Origin: the human T2T-CHM13v2.0 reference genome, Homo sapiens
DNA length: 64,000 nucleotides
NCBI RefSeq assembly: GCF_009914755.1
Contig: NC_060934.1
Strand: one strand, 5' to 3'
In this document: in pieces, positions 52,427-64,000 of the stretch
How the letters are laid out: each line of letters opens with the position of its first letter
How positions within the stretch are numbered: position 1 is the first letter of the stretch
Notes under the pieces: generated by a model
Seen by the model: only the letters and a program-made list of their open reading frames with translations
Told to the model about the DNA's origin: nothing
The model's database searches: none
Made by a program: the position numbers and the translations under genes

Positions 52427-55400
52427 TTATCCACCTAAAATGAAATAAATGGAGCATCCCATTTCCCCTGTCCTCTTGTTTCAACACTGGATAAATGGGT
52501 GGAAGAGACAGATAGGAGAGGAGTGAAAGTTGTCTGAAAAGTATTAGGCAATAAATTTTGGACTTGGTATGTCTATTCAGCCATACAAGAACAAATGCCT
52601 CCGTGCATGTTAATTGTTTTACTGAAAGTCTTTGAGGTTTACAATGAGAAAAAAACTGATTTATTGTGAAAATCAGCACTTTCTGAAAAAAGAAATTTGG
52701 TCACTCCTCCTTCTTTTATTTATTCTCACTGTGCATATATATTTCCTTAACTAGATTATAAGTGCCTTTGAGTGATAGCTGGCTGATTCAGAGCACAGTG
52801 AAAGATCCGACTGGCTAGAGAAGCTTTATCAAAGAAAAGAGCAAGGGATGTGTTTGGAAAGGTAGGTTTGGCACAAACCTTGAATACTTAAATACATCGC
52901 TTAGGATTTAATTCTTTTCTTCTTTCCTAGAAAGAATTATTGCATCATAATCTTTCAGCAGTGGAGGGCAGATGAAAGAGAACAGACTTTGAAGTCCTAG
53001 GAATCAAATCTCAGCTTCACTGCTTATTAGCTGAGCATGTTCTTTAACCTCTCTGGATCTCACTGAAAAAATATGTATCTTAAGAAAGCGGACTGAGAGG
53101 TGGGCTTCAATGAGCTAACATGTATCAAGTGCTCATCCTTCCTCTTCCCACTTGCGTATATCTCATATCCTCAAATATTCTCATTTGTTAAACGCTGAAA
53201 GTCTAAAATCAACTTCTCACAAGAATTTAACATTTACCTGGGATCTACACATTTGGGAGAAGGAATCACAGAAATAGGAATATGGTGATGCTGCAAAACA
53301 CCTTCATAAAGGGGGTTTGGACATTTCAGCCTGGATTGTATTGATTGCTTCCCTCTTACGTGTGTTTGGTTTGTCATCTTCACTCTTTTCTCCAGATTTC
53401 TCCATTCTGATTGGAAACCTCAAATACAACAATCTGGCTTTCACAATGAAGGTCCAACTGCAGGTGCTCAAAAAATGAAGCCCAGGGTCTCTTTCCTTCC
53501 TTGAGGAGGAAGGCAGTGTCAGCTGCTTGGAAGAAGTTGTTTGGAAAATGTGTACGTTTGTGTGGTTTGGAAACCTCCCTTTTCTTTCTCCAACTTTTGG
53601 AGAATTTTTGACTCTCCTTGGAGACCCATGTGGGAGGAAGGTTTTGGCTAAGTAAGGGTTCTGTGGGAGACCCTTCTTATCTGGAGCCAGTGCTGAGACT
53701 GGTGTCCAAAAGAGAGCACTATTTCAGGAGTCCCCAAACGTGCTGTGTATTTGGTTTTGGAAAATAATTTCCAAAAGGCACGTGTAGCCACTATTTGTAT
53801 CCTTCTTTTAAAAAGCAAACAGCGAATGTGCAGCCAGCATTAGGCAACAAATGTCAAATATATTCAAGCCCATCGTCAGTAGGCAAAGATTAGCTGTTAT
53901 AGAGAGAAGCCAATTGCTTTGAGCCATTATTTTGGCTTTGGGTGGGTGGTTAAATAAGAAAAGGAGGGGGGTTTAAGAACAAGATGAAACAAAAATGTTG
54001 AATGGAAACCATTTTCTTCTAAGGGGGCTGTCAAGCGAAGCAGTGATTCCCCTACAACCCCTCTTTCACCCAACCAAGTTTAAACTTGCTTGACACAATG
54101 ACTGGCATTTCCGCTCTCAGGTAAGAATACTCCAAGTAAGAAGCTTGCTCGTGCAACTGTGTTTTTATGGACTTGTGTGATATGTCTGATGAATTGAGTT
54201 AATTCATTCATTAACTTAACTGGCAAGATTTAGTGGTTCACATTGAAAGCATGAATAACCATTTTGTTCCTTGAATGACTCTAGTTTAATGCCTCCTGAT
54301 GTCAGTGTATTTTGCCCAGGGTAAAACTTGCTATATGAATTATTCACTGCTGGATGGAATGAATGGGGCCATGTTTGCCCACAGAATGTTAGCTGCAGTT
54401 ATCTGATACGATGGGGCACAGTGGCTGCATACAAAGGACAATGGATAATTTAGAATGGGGTTTTAGGGCTCAGCCATTGCAATTAAGATCTTTGTAGACA
54501 GCGCAGCACCTTTTTGTCCTGTGCCACACATCATGAGAGCCTCAGTGAGCCAAGAAACTCTTGGTCTTTAAAAAGCAAAAAAGATCTAAGTGTGGTTCAG
54601 AAGTGGGCACTTTTGTCTTTGGTTAAACTTTTGGTGGGGGGGTGGAGGGCAGTGGGGGAGTAGAAATACATTTAAGAATTTAAAATAAAGAAAGAAATTA
54701 GTAATTTTTATCATTGTGGCTTCACTGATGTGAAATGAAATATTTTTGGTGAAGAAGCAATGAGGAACCTTAACCTTCATTTAGAATCAAGGAGATGCAA
54801 GCCTTTCCATTTAGGAGCATTTGGGGTGAGTTATCTCCTTGGCTAGAGTGCCCAGCTTCACCACTGAAATGCCTCTCGTTTAATAAGAATGATTTATAAT
54901 CTGGAGACACAGTTAATGCAATTTAGTGGGAGCTGATAAATGAATGACTGAGTTTACTTATACAAATAAATGGGGCATTAATCTTGACTTTGAATTTCCT
55001 CATTGGGTTTTCTTCATAGCCATTTATGATATTGTGAGTGACAAGAAGAAATGATTGGCAAGTTTTAATGGTTGGCAAAACTTTTCTAATTGTTTTTAAA
55101 CTTTATAAACAAGACAAATAAGCCTTGAGATTGAAATATGGATTAAACTGCTCCATCCTTTTAGTGTTTACAGCTTAGTGGTAGACAGCTTGTTAACATT
55201 TGCATTCAAAAGGCACCATGAGGCACAGCTGAAATCCCAGCCCAGCTTTGAGTCTTTCTGTGGCAGATCTGGGCAATGCCACCAGGGTCTTGCTAGCATC
55301 TGTTTCCTAAATACAGATCCACTGGAGAAGTGCTCACCCCTAATTTACTCTGGCCAAGAGGTATGGTACAAACATGGCAACAGGTTCCTATTCCTTTTGT

Positions 55401-55451
55401 GGATGGAGAGTTACTTCTCAGAGAAGGGAGATCCCAGGCAAGGATGGCACC

Positions 55452-55944
55452 TGTGGTAGGCTGACTGCCCCTCACCCCCAAGACATCCATGTCTTAATTC
55501 CTGGAACCTGTGAATGTTACCTTGTATGTCAAAAGGGACTTGCAGATGTGAATAAGGATCTTGACATGGGGAGATTATCTTACATTACTTGGATGGGAAC
55601 TAAATTTAATCACAAGGGTGCTTATGTAAGGGAGGCAAGAAGGTCAAAGGAACATTTAGGAAATGGGATGATGGAAGCTGGAGTGATGAAAAGACAGGCT
55701 CACAAGCCAAGGAATGCAGGCAGACTCCAGAATCCAGAAAAGCTAAAGAAACGGGCTCTCCCCAAAAGGATACAGAGAGAACCAGCTCTGCCAACCCTGA
55801 TTCCACCCTGATTTTAGCCCAGTGAACTGATTTGGGACTGCGGCCTCCTGAACTGTAAGATAATGGATTGTGTTGTTGTAAGCTATTAACTTTGTGGTAA
55901 TTTATTGGCAGCCTTTACAACAGCAGCAACAGGAAACTAATATG
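55452..55944 (+). mobile_element. MLT1D MaLR solo LTR
   Basis: tgtggtaggctga...cctggaacctgtgaatgttacctt...cagcagcaacaggaaactaata. Confidence 0.85.
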
Positions 55945-56729
55945 ATATCCAAATGGTCCCTCCTTTGAGAGTATTATAAATATCTCGAAAAGATCTCTGT
56001 TTTCCTTGATCCTCACCCTCGCATAAGTTTCAAAGCCTAACGTCATGGTGTCATCTATAAAGTTGTTAGTTCACTGTAAAAGAACTGTTGAAATATAGAC
56101 CATCATGTCACTTCCTCCGAATCAGAAGACTGTGTGTTGTGGAAATACTGTATGCAACAGGGAAGGCTATGTTTCCAAAGAGAAGTAAAGCCTTCCCCTT
56201 TGCATATGGTAAAGCTCAAGTAATTGTTGATACAAGGACAAATAAATGCATGGAGGAATGCAGGGGGAAAAACAGCCATTGAAAATCAACAAGTAACTCA
56301 ACCGTTTCTGTTTAATATTAGATGAGTTTCAGTGTTAAAACTCATTGTAAGACATAATATTAACAAATGGGAAAATCAATGCTTGGCTTCTAAATTAGCC
56401 TTTGTTTTCATTTGGGTCTAATAAAAATGCTAAAGGAAAACCTGATTTAGTCTTCCAAAATAACTCTTTGAGTTTTTTGGGATATGCCTGCAAAAGATAC
56501 ATTTTCTTTTTACTTATTTTCCCCTACATTGCTATCCACTAGAGCACATATCACTACAAAAACTCACTTTATGGGGGAAACATGTCAAGTTCATTACAAT
56601 TTGATCCTGCTGGTCCCTTTAGGACAAGCTGAGACCAGTGTTGTGTTTTTGATTCTCAGCTACTTTCCCAGTGTCTTCATGTGGGGAGGGAGAGTTAGAC
56701 AATTATTAAAAACTTGGAAGTGTCTTGAA

Positions 56730-57250
56730 CTTTTATTGACAAATTCTGATCCTTTTCTGATCTTCATTCCCCTTCATTAATATATCTAGCATTTGACACA
56801 GCTGATCACTCTGTCCATCTCTCCTCTTTTACTGCTATAACTTTGTACTCACTTGGTTTCCCTTCTACCTGCCCAAGAGGTTATGCATCAACTCCTCTTC
56901 TCCAGCTTTTGTTCTACTTGTAAGCATCTCCCCAGTCTCAGTTCTTACTTCTTGCTCTCTTTCTTCTGTGGGCACTTCTATTTTGATGACAACTCAAGAG
57001 TCTTCTTTCTCCTGACCTCTATCATAGCACCCAAAAACAACCTCCAGGTAATGCTACTTGGGTAGTTCATCGCCTCTAATACATCTATAGCCTTGAACAG
57101 GGCTATGGCTTCTTCTGTCCCAGTGCCCTTGCACATGCTCTTCCCTCTGTCTGAAATTCTTCCTCCTCTTCTCTTTGCCTATCAGATGCCTACAGATCCC
57201 ACTGTATATGTCCCTTCTTCATGGAAGCACTCCCTGACCACCCTGACTAG
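56730..57250 (+). mobile_element. L2 fragment
   Basis: agcatttgacacagctgatcactc...cccttgcacatgctcttccctctgtctgaaat. Confidence 0.6.
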
Positions 57251-57802
57251 ATCAGATTCACATTGTAGGATCTCTTAACACCTGGTGGGAAGAAAAAAAA
57301 ATTAAAATCCCTTTTTGAGAAATAAAAATATGACACAAAAATTAGTACCCCTATAAGAAGGAAATCAATTCTGATTAAAGGGAAATTAGGAAGCACATCA
57401 ATGGGAACTAAAAATATTTTGTTTTTCAGAAACTTTGCTATAAAATGCTGATAGGGAAACTGAATTACAACTTAGTGAACTAAACCAAGAGCCTTGTTTA
57501 GGTGACTCAGTGATTAAGCAAAAGTCCTGAGTATGACCAACTGTGATATGCTCTACTCTCTAGCACCCAAAGTTATTACACAACTTTGAGCTAGAACTTG
57601 TGTTTAACCATCTGACATTTAAACTGTGGTAACTGTGGAAAGCCATAAATCATGGCCAGTATAGAAGAGAATGACTGTTCATGAATTGTACCTGTTGTTA
57701 ATCACTTTAGCCATAACCGAACTTAAAAAACAAACTCCCTTAGGTTTTAAAAATATTTTCTCTTCCATAGCCTACCTCTATATTCTGCCACATATCTAAA
57801 AA

Positions 57803-58575
<773 letters not shown>

Positions 58576-60524
58576 AAAATGGTTTCTGAGGTTTGAAAGC
58601 TGCCTGTACCTTTTTCTCCTCTCTGTAGTTATTTAAAAATAAAAGGTAGCTTAGACATTTCTAAATCCGAAGCTGTAACACAAGTTCCATTTTTTGGCAA
58701 CTGTACAAAATTTATTTCACCTGTTGTTAATGTTAACTATCTGTAGTTATCTACATGACATTGGTTTTCCCCCCATCTGTGAGCTCCACGAGGATAGCAA
58801 TCATATTGAGTTTTCTTGTTGCTGAATCCCTGGCAACTTGTCCAGTGATTGGGGTGCATTAAATCTTTCTTGACTAATTTTGCCTAACCCCAATCTTAGA
58901 TTGGCCTCTCAAATTCCCCATTTCCGTTAATGGTATTACTATGATCTCAATAACTTGAGATCAAATCAGTCATATTTGACTCTTCTCTTTTTCACTCCTT
59001 TTATATCTGATCAGTCAGCAGTTTTTTGAAACCCTGTTCGAAGCAGTTCTCAACACTTGTGCACCCATTCTTTCTCCTACACCACTCAATCTAGACCCTC
59101 ACATGTGGCTGTCCTGCTTTCCTTCTCTCCTACTTCTAAGCTATTCTGTGGAGAGATGTCAAAGTAATCTTCACAAAAAATCTGATTGCATCACTTCACT
59201 TCCCTCTTTATTAGCTCCCAGTGGTTTCCAATTGGCCACCGATTAGAAGGCCTCGACTCAGAGTTGGAAGAATTTCATAATATGATTCCTGAAATCATGA
59301 GGCAAGTGCTACTTCAGTCTTTTCTAGTACTCTCTCCTCTTGATTATTAGAAGATAGGCTGTACCTCTCTGGTCTATTGGGTTGGACCCAGATTTTCAGA
59401 TCAACTGCTTAACATTGTCAGGGAGGCAAATACTAGTAATTTGTAACATTTTTATGGCCAGCTCTCTTCTCATCAACCAGTGCCAAGACTGGTTCAAAGA
59501 TTAGTGAATATTTGATTCACTAATGTCAAATCACTACATTCCAACCCAAAACATATTTACTTTGATATTTTAATCTCTTTCCAAAGGCCCTTACCCATAA
59601 TAATATTCTGTAAGGAATTCCCTATATACCGGAACTTTCTGCTTTCCTATCATAGGGAACATCATAAATAGATCATTAATACATCTCCCACATTCTATTT
59701 CTTGTACAAGCTCATATCTTCCACGGTGCTTGCTATGGTGCCTTGTGTATGGTAAAAGTAAAGATACAGAGAAAGTCTAATTTTTTTTCTTAATGGAGAA
59801 TTTCTCCCCCCCAACCCCCAAGCTAGAAATGTTTGCTTTTGTTATGTAAATAATTAGATCATCATTTACATTTGGAGTGACAGCCTCACTTCCAGTGGCA
59901 TGTTGAGATAACCACAGATTGTTGCTTAAGGGACTTCCAGAGAGTTTTGGCCTGGTAAACTATCTTAGCTTTTTGCTTTATTTTGGAGTGTGCACCACTT
60001 TGGGGTCAAAGCTGAATTGTTTGGAACAATAGCGGAGATTCTGAGAATGGGTTCTGTTGGGGAAGGGGACAGCCAGTAGCTAGAATCTAAAAAAGGCTAT
60101 GGGAGTAAATAAAAGGGTTCAAAGAGGATTTTATCGAGGTTTTTTTTTTTTTTTTTTGCATGTAGTTTGCAGTTAAAACCCTCTTCCCTCTCCACAAAAT
60201 TTTGTGTCATCTGCTCACAAATTTTAAAATAAAATCTACATTGCTTGCTAAGTCCTTGTGGGATGGTTTGCTATCTGGGGCTAAGATTTTGCTGAATTAG
60301 GCCCCAAGGTTGATGAAGATGACAAAAGAGACTGCCAGTGACAGGGCAGCTATGTAGGCTTTGCATACATTTTAGGTAAATATGTATTAAATGAATACGT
60401 TTTTCTTGTCTTCTTATGCAGATGATATTCCCCTTGCCTCTAGGTGATTTGTAGAGGAAGTATTCAATGGTGACTTCCTAATTAAGGAGGAATGTTCTGT
60501 TAATTCTAACTTGTCTTTAAAGGA

Positions 60525-60790
60525 GGAAGAAAAGGCACTTGCTGGGTATCCTCTTTGTAGCAGACTTTCACATTTAATCTCAGTGAATCCTTACAACCTT
60601 GAGAAGTAAATACCATTAGTATTATCCTGATGATAATTACCTTTTCTAAATGATTATTACTTTTTCTAAATGAAAAAACTAAGGCTCAATAAATTTAAAT
60701 AACTTTCCCAGGTACATATCATCAGAAAATGATAGATTTGGGATTCAAACCCAGATCTGTTTGACCCCAAAGGCCTCTGTGAACTCTACT
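60525..60790 (-). mobile_element. MIR SINE
   Basis: aaaactaaggctc...aactttcccaggtaca...gggattcaaacccagatctgtttgaccccaaag. Confidence 0.7.
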
Positions 60791-60804
60791 ATGAACTTCC
60801 ATTT

Positions 60805-60877
60805 GAGAGAGAGAGGGGGAGAGAGAGAGAGAGAGAGAGAGATAAATTGCTCAGAGAGAGAGAGAGATAAATTGCTC
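60805..60877. repeat. (GA)n microsatellite with a 25-bp tandem duplication
   Basis: agagagagagagagataaattgctc occurs twice (60828-60852 and 60853-60877). Confidence 0.9.
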
Positions 60878-63800
60878 ATTAAGATAAACTAATTTGGTTT
60901 TGTATTAAAAACAAGATCCTTGATGCTCTTGTTTGCCTTACTTTGTTTATGTTCCTACTGTATATTAATTGTCTGTCAGTGACTGGCACCCAGTGTCCTG
61001 GGTGAGCTTTGGTTGTTACAGATAATGTTTCTCAAAAGCCTGGCTGGATTTTACGTGATCACCTACCCCAGAAGATTATGAAGTAAATTAGAGCTGTTAA
61101 ATAGATCTGTTAATTTGAGGAACCACCCCCAAACCCTCTATAATTTGTATGCCACAGACAGGTTGGTAGCTAGCATTTCTTCCTTTGCAATCACAAAGAT
61201 AGAATCTTTTCCTTATTCTTGATTATTTCATTTTTGTCCATAGAGAGTTGAGGATAAAATCCTTCCCCATATTCTTTAACAACCAGCTGTCTTTAGATTC
61301 ATTGAATGATAGCCTGCCTCAAAAGTTAGAGCTAGCCATAAAATTGTGCATATTGAATATGTTATGTCATTCGGTGGCAAATTACTGAGTTGTCTTTCAA
61401 TGTAATCTTGAAATAGCAACAAGAAAAATATTTTTTTTTTCAACTCTCAATGATGAGGATGGCTTCCTTCTTCCAAGGTGGATTATCGGTTAAAAAGTCA
61501 CAGGACTGCGAAATTGGGTACTTCTGGTTACAAAAGAAAGTCATCAGCCATTGGGACCATTCAATAATGCAACCGCAAGTCAAGGCTGTCATTAAGACCA
61601 GCCTACTGTAATTGTTCATTAGTGGTATCTAGTCAAGTAAAAATATCATCCTTAGAAGCCAATTACTACCAAAGCAGTGGTGGTTTTTGTGGTTGGTTTA
61701 TTTGAAAATTATTCCTAGAGATCTTGAGAAAAGAATCAGACTTCTTCAGTAATTAATGTGTTATTGATTCAATTCAGATTTAGCTTTCTTTTAAATATAC
61801 AATGTATTAGAATGTGAATGGATACCTGCTGATTAGGTTGATCGGAGGAAAAAGAAAAAGTTACTTCCCAAGACAAATTGGTTAAGAAAAGCAAGTCAAG
61901 TCAATAAGCAGATTTGACTGGTTTGGGTGAGGTTCATTGTTTTACTGATTTTGACTGGCACATTCTTGCTTGTTACTGTTTAACAGTTCTTGTGTGGCTC
62001 TAGAAATATTACCATCTCTAGAATTGTGACAACCTCCCTTAGGTTTGCTCATTTGGGCTCCCAATTGCATTCAAGAAATGCTTAATAGGTACTCATTATA
62101 GGTGGGCCCTGCTTGGATAAAACTAGAGCTGCCATATTGTTTTACGAATGTAAAGCCAAGAGAGACTTTTCTTGTAGCGAAACTGAGAGGCCTTCCCCTT
62201 TTCAGCCATACCCACACACAGACTTGGGAATCAGTCACCTTCAAGAGATCTAATTGGGTTTTCATTAGACCCCTGCTTTCCAAAATTCAGCTAGAGCCCC
62301 TCTAACCCCAGACTTCTCGAGATTCATGCAAGATCCCTGGGGCTTGAATTTCTACCCTCCCTCTGGCTCCAAGTTCCTCTTTCTGTGAGTCTCTAACTTC
62401 CACTTAAGGCCCACCTTCTATTGTATTTCCCTTCTGTCAGCTAAGCCAGGCTCTGAACTGTCCAGATGTGAAATGTGGCCCCCTTTCTGTGCTTTCTTCC
62501 TCAAGCCCACTCATTCAAGGCATATGGTCGTTAACTGTTAACTATAGCTCTCCAATAAGTGGTAATTGACCGTCTAGGATACCGAGAATAAAAGCACATT
62601 CTAGCAAATGATTCCAGACCATGTAAAGATTTTTTAATTATCTTTTTTCTTTTTAAATTCCATTTTGTCTTTCTTTTTATATTTTAAGAAGCAGTTTCTG
62701 ACAAGGAGTTTCCATAATTCAGTAATGACTTCCTTAGCCAGGTATAAATTTTATAGAGAGGTAATCTACATGGTATCTCATAGAGGCACTCAAATTTTTC
62801 TCAGTTAACAAATGAAATACATGGAAATAATCCATGGCAAAAAAAAATTTCTCAACACAAATTTGACTTATAGATAATGTATGATCAAGGTTAAGGATAT
62901 GCTATTCTAATAAATATTACTCAATAAAAAATATTTCTAATGAAGTTGTGGGTAGCACATTATCCACTTTTCAAATGATTTGCTTTTATACGTTTCTATT
63001 TTTTGCACATTCCAGAAAGAGTCATTTTGATTTAATTGAAAGCAACTGTGAAAATCAAGTCAATTTAACATCATTTATAAAAATAATCTTTTAAAATGGG
63101 CTGAGTGATTGAAGGAAAATGCAGTTTTATTTCCCTTTTTTGGATCACTAAAACAAATTCATTATAACTTGCATAGATTAAATCATAGCTGAAGATTTAG
63201 CAGGGAATTGAGATTACTAGACAATGAAAACTCTTCTGTGGTCAAAGAATTTTTTTCAGAGCCACTTAGTTGAAATGCAGTATACATAAAAGCCTAGTGT
63301 ATTTTGGCAACTCTTAACTCTGAGATTTACATCTTTTGCTATTCCACTTTAAAATTAAAATATTCAAAAATGTCTTTTATTCGCCTTTTCAGCCATTTAG
63401 TTTCATTCCTTACACTATGCCCTAGACATGGTGAACCTGATTGCCTGCAGAGTGAATTAACGAGTCTTTTATGTCAATGGGAGTTGATTAACATTTGTGA
63501 CATTTTCAAATCAATCCTCCTATGTTCTCCAATTATGGCCTCATTGTGGTTAGGCACCATCCTAGGGGAAAGAAACAAAGGGTGGGTGGGAATCATCATA
63601 CTTACAACTGACTTCAGAAAAGCAAATTAATAAAGGGAAGTGTCTCTAAATTATGTTTTCTGTTGTTGTTTGTTACAATAAATGCTGAATGCAAATGCAT
63701 GTTCTTTAAGTGTCTTGGCTGTCCTTCAAAAATGTGAGTTATTTTGACAGAAGGCAAAAGTTCTTTCCTTCAACCTGTCTCCATAGTTAATTTAGATTAA

Positions 63801-64000
63801 TCTGGTTGTTTTTTCAACATGTGGGCATTTCTAAACTTTAAAGTTAATAGTATTTACACAGCAAATGTACTAAACAATAACATTACAATATCACAAAAAT
63901 GATATAAGATGATTTTAAATGAAAATATAAGATGATTTTAAATGAAGGTTATTTAAAGCTATAGCTGGTTTTTATACTACATAAATTAGGCTAAAATTTA

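Noticed and set aside
55374-55811. 145-aa ORF
   Set aside because: Largely inside the MLT1D LTR
58942-58963. Hairpin TGATCTCAA-taac-TTGAGATCA
   Set aside because: A 9-bp stem is expected a few times by chance in 64 kb of AT-rich DNA
60400-60449. Strong acceptor with a possible 22-nt microexon
   Set aside because: Weak donor, frame-shifting length and no further support

Overview
Primate genomic DNA, most likely human, judging from AluY/AluS/AluJ, L1PA, THE1, MSTA, MER52 and HSMAR2 elements. It is AT-rich, with no CpG island and no multi-exon coding gene that I can recognise. The window looks like the interior or 3' end of a large intron-rich transcription unit. Roughly half is transposon-derived: a full-length HSMAR2 mariner fossil, a complete 1.77-kb MER52A-like solo LTR, several MaLR LTRs with intact TSDs, about 12 Alu/FLAM/FAM copies, L1 3' ends, L2 and MIR. 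The remainder is unique sequence, some of it with homeodomain-type motif clusters. The supplied ORFs are repeat-derived or chance ORFs. The best non-repeat signal is a candidate pair of + strand exons. One is a 57-nt exon (15561-15617) followed by an intronic G-quadruplex/G-run. The other is a terminal exon (35696-~36105) with a perfect TACTAAC branch point and an L2-derived AATAAA. Spliced in phase 0 they read SWKGAGEARLVCQNDLELE|ESAIVE*, plausibly an alternative C-terminus of a gene whose upstream exons lie outside the window; I cannot name the gene. There is also a strong extended CTCF motif (48012-48044). Repeat subfamily calls come from recalled consensus sequences, and boundaries of old repeats are approximate. 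I found no evidence for a genuinely novel biological system.
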